In this document: one piece after another, positions 1-9,004 of the stretch | Numbering within the stretch: the stretch's first letter is position 1 | Layout: every line of letters starts with the position of its first letter | From: a virus | Taxonomy: Duplodnaviria; Heunggongvirae; Uroviricota; Caudoviricetes | DNA: 48,233 nucleotides | Strand: one strand, 5' to 3' | IMG/VR virus record: IMGVR_UViG_2974569193_000001 | Coordinates: 172,702 to 220,934 of that record | The notes under the pieces: generated by a model | What the model was told of the DNA's origin: nothing | Database searches by the model: none | The model's input: the letters and a program-made list of their open reading frames with translations, nothing else | Translations under genes and position numbers: made by a program

Positions 1-1
1 G

Positions 2-265
2 GAGCCCAACTTTAAGCGCGCGGCGTCGCAACTTGCCCTCGTGGAAATGTACGCTGATCAGCTTCGGGTCAGCGTCAATACATTCCAGCGGGTGATGGAC
101 GAAGCTGGCCTCCTTTCAGGGCCGGAGGGGCGCAAGGCCTATGAGATCATCATGAAGCACCTCCAACATGATCTTGCAGGCGTGAAGGGCATGTCGATCC
201 GCTATAATGTCCGCGCCGCCGTCGAGGCGCTGCGCGGCTTGCCCGCCAAGGAGCCGGAAGCTTGA
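2..265 (+). CDS. hypothetical protein, 5'-truncated by window edge
   Basis: Frame open from base 2 to TGA at 265; overlaps next start. Confidence 0.7.
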   Translation, partial: EPNFKRAASQLALVEMYADQLRVSVNTFQRVMDEAGLLSGPEGRKAYEIIMKHLQHDLAGVKGMSIRYNVRAAVEALRGLPAKEPEA

Positions 266-474
266 GCCGCCGCTACACCGGCCCGCGCTTCTGGATCGCC
301 GAGGACGGCCACGTCCATCAAATCCAGGACGGCGTCACCAACGTCGTCGCCACCCTGACCAAGGACGAGATGAGCCGGCTGCGCAAGTGCGGCTGGAACA
401 TCGGCTCGTCCACCCGACGCTACGCCCACAACCCCGCCACCGTCCTGCGCAACGCCCTGGGAGCCGCCCGATGA
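262..474 (+). CDS. hypothetical protein
   Basis: TTG start overlapping upstream TGA; phage-like codon usage. Confidence 0.7.
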   Translation: MSRRYTGPRFWIAEDGHVHQIQDGVTNVVATLTKDEMSRLRKCGWNIGSSTRRYAHNPATVLRNALGAAR

Positions 475-1040
475 TCGATCCGAAAGCCAGCCTCGCCCAG
501 CAGACCGAGTCGTTCCTGGGCGACGGCCGCGCGCTCGCCGAGGTCTGTCAGCGCGAGGGCACCTACAATCTCGCCGACCAGACCCTGGCCTACATCGCCG
601 ACGCCGAGACGATCATCGAGGCCCAGCGCAAGCGCATCACCCAGTTCCAGGAGGAGAAGCTGCGCAACTGGGGCACCAACAACGCCTACCTGCGGGTGAT
701 CCAGGAATTCATCGCCGGCCGGGCGAACCCCCACCTCAAGGCCCTGCAAGACCTGGGCGGCATGACGATCGTCCAGGGCCGGCATCTCCAGCAGACCATC
801 GACAAATTCAACGCGACCCTGCGGGCCGAAGGCATCTCCGGAAAGGAGTTGACCGGCAAGGGTAAGCGCCTGATCGACCTCGTCGAGTTCTTCGTCTTCC
901 ACGAAATCCATCGCATCGCATGGTACATCGAGAAGTTCGTGGGCCGCGACATCCATCTGGCGGTGGCGGGGCTGACGCCGGCCGATATCAAGGACCTTCC
1001 AAACCCAGAGCCGCCGCAGCCCCAGGAGATGCCGTCGTGA
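471..1040 (+). CDS. hypothetical protein (189 aa)
   Basis: ATGA overlap at 471; MIDPKASL... Confidence 0.8.
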   Translation: MIDPKASLAQQTESFLGDGRALAEVCQREGTYNLADQTLAYIADAETIIEAQRKRITQFQEEKLRNWGTNNAYLRVIQEFIAGRANPHLKALQDLGGMTIVQGRHLQQTIDKFNATLRAEGISGKELTGKGKRLIDLVEFFVFHEIHRIAWYIEKFVGRDIHLAVAGLTPADIKDLPNPEPPQPQEMPS

Positions 1041-1264
1041 TCGATCACGTCTACCGCCGCGATCCGCGCGGCAAGGACTACGGCGTCCAGCGGATGGACC
1101 TGGGCGAGGCCCTGGCGGTGGTCGCCGCCGAGAAGCAGGACTTTCTCCTGCGGCTCGTCGAGGTCCTGCACGAGAACAATCTCCTGCGCGACGCAGACGT
1201 CCTGGAATTGCTCGGCAAGGGCTGGGGCCTGGAGGCCTACGACGTCCTGTACGAAGACGATTGA
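1037..1264 (+). CDS. hypothetical protein
   Basis: GTGA overlap; stop codon lies inside the -35 box at 1261. Confidence 0.75.
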   Translation: MIDHVYRRDPRGKDYGVQRMDLGEALAVVAAEKQDFLLRLVEVLHENNLLRDADVLELLGKGWGLEAYDVLYEDD

Positions 1265-1313
1265 CAACACTCTCGCGCCAGCATAGAGGTGTCTCCGACG
1301 ACAACGAAGGAGG
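1261..1313 (+). promoter_or_regulatory. class A phage promoter (TTGACA-N17-TAGAGG), forward operator 1265-1282, CGACGACAAC 1296-1305, RBS
   Basis: One of ten copies with the same architecture. Confidence 0.85.
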
Positions 1314-1318
1314 CTTCC

Positions 1319-1690
1319 GTGAAGCTCGCGACCCAAGACCGGACCGATCCCCGCCTGAACGCCGACTACCGCCTGATCAAGGCGGTCTTCTACTACGGCG
1401 GCCCGGCCGAGTACCCGATCCACCTGGACGAACGCTGGAGCGCGGTGACGCCGGCCCAGGTCGAGGACCAGATTTCGGCCCTCTGCCGCGATCTCGCCAA
1501 GTGCTCGGGCAACACCCTGGCGCCGGCGACCTTCTACGAGCGCGCCAAGCTGAGCTTCGCCGAGGTCCCGCCGGTGTCCGACGAGTTCTGGGGCCTGATC
1601 TCCGAGACCACCAAGCAGAACATCCTCGCCATGAAGGATCGCTTCACGGTCCACGGCAGCGGCTTCCTCCTGTCCTGGGCCAAGGCCTGA
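1319..1690 (+). CDS. hypothetical protein
   Basis: GTG start 5 nt after GAAGGAGG. Confidence 0.8.
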   Translation: MKLATQDRTDPRLNADYRLIKAVFYYGGPAEYPIHLDERWSAVTPAQVEDQISALCRDLAKCSGNTLAPATFYERAKLSFAEVPPVSDEFWGLISETTKQNILAMKDRFTVHGSGFLLSWAKA

Positions 1691-2028
1691 TGTGCCATCT
1701 GGCCCACACCCAGGGATGCCGCGAGTGCCCGTTCAAGCGCGCCGCCGCGCCCGGCTGGCTCGGCGCTGACACCCCGGAGGGTTTCCTGCGCGCGACCATG
1801 TCGGGCAGCGTCCAGATGCCCTGCCACATGACCGTCGACTACGAGGCCGACGACTGGCGCGAGCAGGCGGCCGACGCGCCGTTCTGCGCCGGTGCCCTGA
1901 TCTTCCTCAAGAACATCTGCAACCTGCCGCATGATCCGGTGATCGTCGCGGCCCGCGCGCAGGTCGAACCCAACCGCGAAGACTACTTCGCCCGCCCGGA
2001 CGAGTTCCTGGCCCATCACGGAGGCTGA
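1690..2028 (+). CDS. Cys/His-rich putative metal-binding protein
   Basis: TGATG overlap; CxxCPF...PCH...CAG pattern. Confidence 0.8.
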   Translation: MCHLAHTQGCRECPFKRAAAPGWLGADTPEGFLRATMSGSVQMPCHMTVDYEADDWREQAADAPFCAGALIFLKNICNLPHDPVIVAARAQVEPNREDYFARPDEFLAHHGG

Positions 2029-2029
2029 C

Positions 2030-2311
2030 ATGAGCAAGCCCGCCCAATACCGCGTCTACGCCTACACCAAGCGGGTCGCGGCTCAACGACCCTATATCGA
2101 CACCGAGATCGTCCACATGCAGGACCTCCAAGTGAGGCGCTGGTGGGGCTGGCAGACCATCGACGAGGAGGTCGTCCCGACCCACGTCAAGATCAGCCTG
2201 GGCGCGTTCGGCGACACCGGCGGCTGGGTCTCGAAGTTCACCAAGCTGGGGACCTTCGGCCGCGACGGCGTCTTTACCCTGCATCCGCACGTGGAGGCCA
2301 AACTGTCATGA
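2030..2311 (+). CDS. hypothetical protein
   Basis: GGAGG RBS, ATG start. Confidence 0.8.
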   Translation: MSKPAQYRVYAYTKRVAAQRPYIDTEIVHMQDLQVRRWWGWQTIDEEVVPTHVKISLGAFGDTGGWVSKFTKLGTFGRDGVFTLHPHVEAKLS

Positions 2312-2730
2312 AGCTCTTCCTGATCATCCTGGCGACCATCCTGTGGCTGGGCGACACCGCCCGCGCCCAGGCCTTCCGCCTCACCCAGCCGCTCAACTAC
2401 GGCAGCGATCTCCACTACACCGAGACGCGTGACGCCTCGGCCTCCCGTGAACCGCTCAAGCGGGTGATCGCTGACCTGTCGCGCTCGCCGACCGTGACGA
2501 TCGAGCGGGCCTGGACGTATGCGGAACTCGCCGGCGCCCAGACCACCTGCGGCGAGATCATCCTCAATGGTCGCCACCAGAAGTTCGTGCTCCAGCAGGG
2601 GCCGAAGACGGCCGTGATCGGCCCGGCCATGCCCACCGAGTTCTGGAGCCTGGACGTCCAGGACTACCAGTTCCGCAATGCCGGGTGCCTGCGCGACCGC
2701 GCCGCCCAGATCATCCCGCCGAGGTTCTAA
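2308..2730 (+). CDS. putative exported protein (Sec-type signal peptide)
   Basis: MKLFLIILATILWLGDTARA|Q; two Cys in mature part. Confidence 0.75.
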   Translation: MKLFLIILATILWLGDTARAQAFRLTQPLNYGSDLHYTETRDASASREPLKRVIADLSRSPTVTIERAWTYAELAGAQTTCGEIILNGRHQKFVLQQGPKTAVIGPAMPTEFWSLDVQDYQFRNAGCLRDRAAQIIPPRF

Positions 2731-2732
2731 CG

Positions 2733-2800
2733 GCTGGCGTTCTTGTGTTGACAGCGACCCTCATGCGGGCCTAGAACGTCATCGACGACAACAAAGGAGC
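2733..2800 (+). promoter_or_regulatory. class A promoter (TTGACA 2748-N18-TAGAAC), inverted operator 2733-2750, CGACGACAAC 2783-2792
   Basis: Motif match. Confidence 0.85.
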
Positions 2801-2805
2801 CCCGC

Positions 2806-3162
2806 ATGCCGCTGTATGATTTCCCGACCGGCCCGACCACGATGGAGGACATCGAAGCGTTCGTCGCCGGTGCCCAGGCGGTGGTCAACGCCCAGATGGC
2901 GAAGGCCTTCCCGAACGTGAGCCCGCCGGTCCTGACGATCGAGCCGATCCGCCCCAACACCCAGTTCGCCAAGATCGTGTCGAGCGACCGCTCGCAACGC
3001 TCGGTCTGGGCTTTCGTTCGCCTGGAGGACGGCCTGATCTACAAGCCCTCGTCGTGGAAGGTCCCGGCCAAGCACGCGCGCGGCACGATCCATACCGCGT
3101 CCTTCGGAGCCGAGTACGTCGACTGGACCGGCCCGCGCTACATCAAGGACCTGCGCCCGTGA
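2806..3162 (+). CDS. phage hypothetical protein (YKPxSWKxPAKxxRG motif)
   Basis: AAGGAG RBS; first gene after promoter. Confidence 0.85.
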   Translation: MPLYDFPTGPTTMEDIEAFVAGAQAVVNAQMAKAFPNVSPPVLTIEPIRPNTQFAKIVSSDRSQRSVWAFVRLEDGLIYKPSSWKVPAKHARGTIHTASFGAEYVDWTGPRYIKDLRP

Positions 3163-3419
3163 GCGTCTTCACCGTCATCCTGTCGCAGTACGACGAGCAG
3201 CGCTTCTACATCGTCGAGGCCGGCAACAACATCAATGCCCTGGCGCACGCCAAGCGGGTCGCGGAGTCCCATGACGACAACGGCTCGATCTGGAAACTCG
3301 ACATGATGTTCGTCGGCGCGCCCGACCTCGCGATGAAGGCCCAGGGCCTGAAGGTCATCGACCTGCGCGCGACCGTCCATGAGCCCGTTCCCCACGCCCA
3401 GCGGGGAGGCGGCTGCTGA
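3159..3419 (+). CDS. hypothetical protein
   Basis: GTGA overlap. Confidence 0.75.
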   Translation: MSVFTVILSQYDEQRFYIVEAGNNINALAHAKRVAESHDDNGSIWKLDMMFVGAPDLAMKAQGLKVIDLRATVHEPVPHAQRGGGC

Positions 3420-3961
3420 TGGTTGACCTGCTCGACAAGCGCACCATCACCGTCGACCCCTATGCGATCGTCACCGATCGCCTGGAGGGGTCGATCACCC
3501 TGGTGCGCCTCCATGAGGGCGGGCGTTACCGCCATGGTGGCAGTCTCATGTACTATAGCGGCCGGCAGATCAACACCGGGCTCAAAGGCGTCGCCTACAC
3601 CTACGACGACGAGACCAACGCCTCGTCGCTCGAATTCTGGGGCGGCTACGAGGACCGCGTCATGGCGCGCTTCGCGACCCGCGAGGACGCCATGAAGGCC
3701 CTGCACGATGGTCTGGCGGCGCGCGCCGAGGTCGACATCCTGGTCAAGCAGGCCCAGGCCATGCTCCAGGCCCTGGCCGATCTGCGCGACCGCCGGTTCA
3801 AGGAGACCGTCCAGGCCCAGGAGCGCGACGGCGTCCAGCGCGATGGCTGCGAGGTCTGCAACGGCGCGCGCGGCGGTGTGCCGGGCAACGAGAACGTCGT
3901 CGATGGCAAGGTGGTCTGCGACTACTGCCACGTCGACATCATGGATGCGAGGAAAGCCTGA
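3419..3961 (+). CDS. hypothetical protein with C-terminal CxxC...CxxC zinc finger
   Basis: CEVC...CDYC. Confidence 0.8.
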   Translation: MVDLLDKRTITVDPYAIVTDRLEGSITLVRLHEGGRYRHGGSLMYYSGRQINTGLKGVAYTYDDETNASSLEFWGGYEDRVMARFATREDAMKALHDGLAARAEVDILVKQAQAMLQALADLRDRRFKETVQAQERDGVQRDGCEVCNGARGGVPGNENVVDGKVVCDYCHVDIMDARKA

Positions 3962-4182
3962 TGGGCTCCTACATCTATTGCACGAATGGCGACTGCGGCG
4001 CCGGTTTGGGACCCCCTTCGGCCCGTGAGGTCGTGGAGCAGGATCGCAAGTGCCCACATTGCGGTACCTACGTGCCGGTCTACGACTCCATGGCCGACGT
4101 GCTGGAACGCATGGAAGGCCGGATCGAAGAACTGGAAGACGAGGTCAAGGCGTTGAAGATAGGGGACGGTCTTGGGGCTTAG
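3961..4182 (+). CDS. zinc-ribbon/coiled-coil small protein
   Basis: CxxxxC...CPHC then heptad-like acidic tail. Confidence 0.75.
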   Translation: MGSYIYCTNGDCGAGLGPPSAREVVEQDRKCPHCGTYVPVYDSMADVLERMEGRIEELEDEVKALKIGDGLGA

Positions 4183-4528
4183 GAAAATTCCGCCCGCCCA
4201 TTCGTGGCTTTCGGCGCTCGCCTTCAGGACGGCGTTCAAGCGTCCGAGCCACGAGGAGCGCCTCAAGCGCCTCCAGGCTGTCCGCGCTGCCCGTCTTTCG
4301 GGTTCGGAGCTACGTGACCCGCTGATGAAGAAGCTGGTCCGCGACGGCCTCGTGCGCCTGCATCGTCCGTCAAACGCCGAATTCTACAGGCAGACCAAGG
4401 GTGGTTTCATGAAGCGGACCCAGGCTTTCCTCACGCCGGCCGGCGAAGCCTATCTGGCGGACCCGACCACCCATCATGTTCCGAAGTCGGAGCGCACCGA
4501 GAAGGTCAAGGGGATTCGGGGCAAATGA
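4172..4528 (+). CDS. hypothetical protein, possible winged-helix
   Basis: MKKLVRDGLV...FLTPAGEAYL pattern; start uncertain. Confidence 0.7.
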   Translation: MGLRKIPPAHSWLSALAFRTAFKRPSHEERLKRLQAVRAARLSGSELRDPLMKKLVRDGLVRLHRPSNAEFYRQTKGGFMKRTQAFLTPAGEAYLADPTTHHVPKSERTEKVKGIRGK

Positions 4529-4977
4529 TCAACTGGAAAGACCCCTTTGGCCTGGAAGCCCGCCGCATCGAGCGTGAGCAGCGTTGGGAAGAAGAGGCCA
4601 AGGCGACCCGCGCCGCGCGCCTGAAGCGGGCGCAGGCGGCCGGGACCCATCGCATCAAGCAGACGGACGTTGACACCTTCTACGTGATGATCCTCGACCC
4701 GCACGGGCGTTGGCATTTCGTGTCCCGCGCCGGCCGGGTGACCGCCCAGTCCGCCGACAAGTGCTACAAGGGTGCGACCCTGGAGGCGGCCAAGACGATC
4801 GCGTCCGAGATCGAGCGCATCTTCCGCAACGACGTCGCCGACGAGGTCAAACGGTTGAAGAGCCACCAGAATTACTACAACCCTCCCGAGTACGAGGCCA
4901 AGCCTTACGACGTCATCAAGGACGATGATATCGCGTTCTGTGACGCGGTCGACGCGATGTGGAGGACGCGGGCGTGA
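4525..4977 (+). CDS. hypothetical protein
   Basis: ATGA overlap. Confidence 0.8.
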   Translation: MINWKDPFGLEARRIEREQRWEEEAKATRAARLKRAQAAGTHRIKQTDVDTFYVMILDPHGRWHFVSRAGRVTAQSADKCYKGATLEAAKTIASEIERIFRNDVADEVKRLKSHQNYYNPPEYEAKPYDVIKDDDIAFCDAVDAMWRTRA

Positions 4978-5186
4978 GTGAGGTCCTGATCGAAACCCGC
5001 GCGGACGCGATCCAGGCCGTCGCCCTGGCGCTCTATCAGCGCCAATGGAGCCGGGGAGGACAGGTTGACCCACCAGCCTGGGCGACCATCCCACCCCAGT
5101 TCAAGAAGCCCTTCCTGGAGACGGCCGAGCTTTGCGTCGACCTGATCATCGAGCACGTGAGGAACAACAGCCATGAACCGTCGTAA
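4974..5186 (+). CDS. hypothetical protein
   Basis: GTGA overlap, GGAGG RBS. Confidence 0.7.
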   Translation: MSEVLIETRADAIQAVALALYQRQWSRGGQVDPPAWATIPPQFKKPFLETAELCVDLIIEHVRNNSHEPS

Positions 5187-5802
5187 TCTCCTGCTGGGCG
5201 CTGGCGCGGCCGTCATCGCCGCCGGGGTCGCCCAGGCCCAGACGGTCCACGTGTCGGAGGTCAAGCCGACGACCTACACGTGGTTCTCCAGCATCGAAGG
5301 CGGCATGCGTCATCGCGAGAGCCACGACACTCGCTACGTGATCCAGTGGGAGAAGGGCGCGCTCCAGCATCCGCACTCCGAGATCGTGCGCAAGTGGGTC
5401 CGCGAGACGATCGACAGCGGCTACCTCTACTGCTACGGCGACATGCGCTGTATGGACCGCAAGGTGCGCCTGGAGGAAGTCCACATCCTCATCCGGCCGG
5501 GCAAGAAGGTCTGGAACCACGTCACCGGCTACACCGACGAGGAGGGTCTTCAGATCGAGGTCAACGAGGCCGGGGCGAAGTTCGCCCCTTTCGGCCTCGC
5601 CTCGACCCACGGGCTGACCTACGTCGCCGAGACGATGCGCGACACCTACTACGTCCGCAAGCCGTACCTGCGCTACGACGAGGAGCGCGAGCTTCGCTTC
5701 GCCCTGGGCGATGACCCGCAAGGCTACTACGCACCGAACTCGAAGATTGGGCTCGACGACCGGATGTGGACTGAAACCCTGGCCGCACTGGGCAAGACCT
5801 GA
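5173..5802 (+). CDS. putative Tat-exported protein
   Basis: MNRRNLLLGAGAAVIAAGVAQA|Q twin-arginine signal. Confidence 0.8.
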   Translation: MNRRNLLLGAGAAVIAAGVAQAQTVHVSEVKPTTYTWFSSIEGGMRHRESHDTRYVIQWEKGALQHPHSEIVRKWVRETIDSGYLYCYGDMRCMDRKVRLEEVHILIRPGKKVWNHVTGYTDEEGLQIEVNEAGAKFAPFGLASTHGLTYVAETMRDTYYVRKPYLRYDEERELRFALGDDPQGYYAPNSKIGLDDRMWTETLAALGKT

Positions 5803-6050
5803 TGGCCGACCCCCGCATCCACAGGGTCCACTATCACGTCTTCCAGGACGCGATCGACGCGGCGCAGTTCGCTGAGCGCATGCTGATGCGCTGCGCGCCG
5901 CACGATCGGCCCGTCCGGATGACTGGCGGAAGTTCCGCTGGCATTGAAGGTGTGCGCATCCTGTGGGCGGGTGGCGAGCCGATCGCCCAGGCGACGCTCT
6001 TCACCGACGACCTCAACCAGACCCTCGTTACCGTGGTGGCCCTCAAATGA
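5802..6050 (+). CDS. hypothetical protein
   Basis: TGATG overlap. Confidence 0.75.
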   Translation: MADPRIHRVHYHVFQDAIDAAQFAERMLMRCAPHDRPVRMTGGSSAGIEGVRILWAGGEPIAQATLFTDDLNQTLVTVVALK

Positions 6051-6547
6051 TCCGCTCTCGTCACGAACCGCCCGAGGCTACCGCCGGCAAGATGCAGGAG
6101 AGGTGGTCGGCCCAGAAGGTGGCTATCCACGGCTTCTTGTGCGGCCCCGAATCGGCGCTGAACGCCAACTGGCAAGAGGCGAGCGCCATGATCTGGGCGC
6201 ATGTCGACGGCCGGGTCCTGGGGGACTGGCAAGACCGCCCCGTGCGGGGCTGGACCGCCGAGCATATCAACGCGCCGTTCGACATCTGCATGGTTCAAGA
6301 CCGTGACGCCAAGACCATCAAGGATTGCGACTTGGCGCTGGCCATGATCGTGACCCTGCTTCCGCAGGCGCCGCTCAAGATCAGCAAGGGCTATGGGCGC
6401 GACGGTAGCTGGGAAGTCCAGATCGACACCCGCCACACCGTGGGGGCCAAGCACCACGGGATCGTCTGGGGCTTTGGTCCCGGCATCGCCCTGGCGGCGT
6501 GGCGCGCCTACTTCGGCTACATCAACAAGGAGCCCAACGATGTCTGA
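6047..6547 (+). CDS. hypothetical protein
   Basis: ATGA overlap. Confidence 0.8.
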   Translation: MIRSRHEPPEATAGKMQERWSAQKVAIHGFLCGPESALNANWQEASAMIWAHVDGRVLGDWQDRPVRGWTAEHINAPFDICMVQDRDAKTIKDCDLALAMIVTLLPQAPLKISKGYGRDGSWEVQIDTRHTVGAKHHGIVWGFGPGIALAAWRAYFGYINKEPNDV

Positions 6548-6761
6548 CATCTTCGACGAGGTCGAGCGCCGGCTCAACCGCAAGCGCCCCGGCTTTTGGC
6601 TGCACAAGATCGCCACGGTGTTCATCGCGGTGGTCTTCGTGATCGTGATCGCCGGCGCCGCCATCCAGGTCTTCAACCCGACCCTGGCGACGCAATGGCA
6701 GGCCAAGCAGGACGCGGCCTACGACCGCGCCTACGAGGAAGCCCGGCGGCGGGGCGAGTAA
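6540..6761 (+). CDS. single-pass membrane protein
   Basis: AAGGAG RBS; hydrophobic IATVFIAVVFVIVIAGAAIQVF. Confidence 0.8.
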   Translation: MSDIFDEVERRLNRKRPGFWLHKIATVFIAVVFVIVIAGAAIQVFNPTLATQWQAKQDAAYDRAYEEARRRGE

Positions 6762-7243
6762 TGGCCGGCCCGCAGTACACCTGGGAGCCGGCTTCGACCG
6801 CTGACGGCGTCAAGCTGACCGAACACGTGATCCGAGGCGAGATCGTCCCGATCTGCGTCGGCTCCTCGCTGCATGCGATCGAGATGCACGCGATGATGGG
6901 CGAGCGGCTCTACCGGGCCTTTGGGACCATGTCCGGCGACGCCGACTGGACCCAGGCTGAGATCGGCACGCCCCAGGCCCATCCGCTCGACGGTCAGGAC
7001 CTCAACGCCCTGGACTACCACACCAGGGTCCGCGAGGAGTACCGCCGCGACATCGCTACGGCCGGCGGCCGGCACCTGATGATCTGCCGCAAGACCGACG
7101 ACCTCCAGGACCTGCTCGCCCTGATCCCGATGGACCTGCGCCGGCGGCATGAGATGGCCAACATGATCACCCTACTGGCCCGCATGCTCCTCATCGAGAA
7201 TACGCCCCGCACCCTTTCCGACTCCAGCCTCAAGCGCTTCTGA
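6761..7243 (+). CDS. hypothetical protein
   Basis: TAATG overlap. Confidence 0.8.
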   Translation: MAGPQYTWEPASTADGVKLTEHVIRGEIVPICVGSSLHAIEMHAMMGERLYRAFGTMSGDADWTQAEIGTPQAHPLDGQDLNALDYHTRVREEYRRDIATAGGRHLMICRKTDDLQDLLALIPMDLRRRHEMANMITLLARMLLIENTPRTLSDSSLKRF

Positions 7244-7245
7244 CC

Positions 7246-7788
7246 ATGACCTCCCAACGCCTCGATTTCACCAGCAACGATCTCTGGCCGCCCAAGGTCG
7301 ACTACGAGATGAAGAAGCTGCGCTACGACACCACGCTCGATGCGCTGGAGATCGTCCACCCCAAGAACCGCCTGGGCAACCGCGTCGACGTCTCGCACGT
7401 CGCCAGCTACCTCGTGAACGGCCGCGTCAAGGGCGTGCTCGACCATATCGCCAGCACCGGCGTCGAGGACCCGCGCGAGCAGACCTTCAAAATCCTGCGC
7501 ATCCTGGAGAGCCGGGGCATGGTCGCCAACACCGGCGGCGACTGGACGCTGACCGCGACCGGCGCGATCTGGCATCTGGTGGCGGACAACCACCCCTCGG
7601 GCTGGGCGGAGCAACAGGCTCTGCTCTACGACATCCGCCTGCAATGGTGGGCGGGCCACGAGATCGCCACGGCGATCAAGGAGACGCCGTACTTCCAGAT
7701 GCGGCCCCAGCACGGTTCCGCGCCGATCATCGCCTTCGACCTCTCGGCCCTGCAACAGCCGCTCGATGGGTGGAACGGATGGCGCTGA
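7246..7788 (+). CDS. hypothetical protein, possible winged-helix segment
   Basis: ILRILESRGMV...WTLTATG. Confidence 0.8.
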   Translation: MTSQRLDFTSNDLWPPKVDYEMKKLRYDTTLDALEIVHPKNRLGNRVDVSHVASYLVNGRVKGVLDHIASTGVEDPREQTFKILRILESRGMVANTGGDWTLTATGAIWHLVADNHPSGWAEQQALLYDIRLQWWAGHEIATAIKETPYFQMRPQHGSAPIIAFDLSALQQPLDGWNGWR

Positions 7789-8315
7789 AGCAAGAAGCCT
7801 GGGACAGTCTGCTTCTCAACCTGCGCAGCGCCGCCCAGTTGAAGGATCGCGAGGCCTGGGACGACGCGATCCAGGCCCTGGAGAACGCCTTCGACGAGCA
7901 CGTCGACGGCCCGCTGGAGACCCACCCCAACACCCTGGCCTGGAAGAAGAGCGCCGACGAGCGCAAGCGCTTCTTGGCGGGCTGGGCGTACTGGGGTAGC
8001 GGCGCCCGCGATGTCCCCGACGACTACCGGGGCGATCCGCACTTCAACCGGGGGCGAACGGGCGCGGCGATCGCCCAGGACATGAGTGGCCTCCTGCGGG
8101 TTTTCGAGGCCTGCACCCACCAGGGCTCCAAGATCGAGGGTGGTGACAACACCGTGCTGCCGCGCTACCCCGCCGTCTACGGCTCCTACGCGGTTCAAAT
8201 CTGCCGTGGATGTCGTGGGTGGACCCAGGACCGTCACGGTCCGAAAACTTGGCATCCCGGCCCGTACTACGACGCCTACGAGAAGGCGATGCGCGAGGAA
8301 GAGGAGCGCTGCTAA
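7779..8315 (+). CDS. hypothetical protein
   Basis: ATG overlapping upstream 3' end; CxxC near C-terminus. Confidence 0.75.
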   Translation: MALKQEAWDSLLLNLRSAAQLKDREAWDDAIQALENAFDEHVDGPLETHPNTLAWKKSADERKRFLAGWAYWGSGARDVPDDYRGDPHFNRGRTGAAIAQDMSGLLRVFEACTHQGSKIEGGDNTVLPRYPAVYGSYAVQICRGCRGWTQDRHGPKTWHPGPYYDAYEKAMREEEERC

Positions 8316-9004
8316 TGCTCTACGTGTTCGGGGACATCCACGGCCGCATGGACCTCCTGGAGGAGGCGCGCCACGTGATCCGTGTACGCGGCGACTGCTC
8401 CCAGATGATCTTCCTGGGCGACTATGTCGATCGCGGGCCGCAGAGCCGCGAGGTGGTCGAGGCCGTGATGGGGCTGCACCAGCAGGGCGAGATCGCGCTG
8501 AAGGGCAATCACGAGCAGATGATGGTCGATAGCTGGCGGATCGCCAGCTATGGAGCGCTGTCCAAGCTCTGGGTCAGCAACGGGGGCAAGCAGACCCTGA
8601 AGTCCTATGGCGCCGGCGACAATGCCTGGAACGCTCAGTGGGACATGATCCCCCAGGCCCACGTCGACTGGATGGACGCTCTGCCGACCTTCTACGATAC
8701 CCCCGGCCGGGTCTTCGTCCATGCCGGGCTGATCCCCGGCGTGCCGCTCAAGGCGCACGACGAGGAAGAGATGATGTGGATCAGGGACCGATTCCTTCAT
8801 GGCCGGCCCCAGGACTTCGAAAAACACGTCGTCCACGGCCACACCCATACCCACGCCCTGAAGAAGATCAGCGAGCCCGAACTGCTCGTGCATCGGACCA
8901 ATCTGGACACCGGGGCCTTCTACACCGGCATCCTGAGCGTGGGGGTGTTTGATCCCGACGGCGACGGCGGCCCGGTCGAGGTGCTCAAGATCACGGAGGC
9001 CTGA
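8315..9004 (+). CDS. PPP-family Ser/Thr protein phosphatase / metallophosphoesterase (lambda NinI-like)
   Basis: GDIHG, GDYVDRG, GNHE, HAG, HGHT and DTG motifs in canonical order; TAATG overlap gives the start. Confidence 0.93.
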   Translation: MLYVFGDIHGRMDLLEEARHVIRVRGDCSQMIFLGDYVDRGPQSREVVEAVMGLHQQGEIALKGNHEQMMVDSWRIASYGALSKLWVSNGGKQTLKSYGAGDNAWNAQWDMIPQAHVDWMDALPTFYDTPGRVFVHAGLIPGVPLKAHDEEEMMWIRDRFLHGRPQDFEKHVVHGHTHTHALKKISEPELLVHRTNLDTGAFYTGILSVGVFDPDGDGGPVEVLKITEA

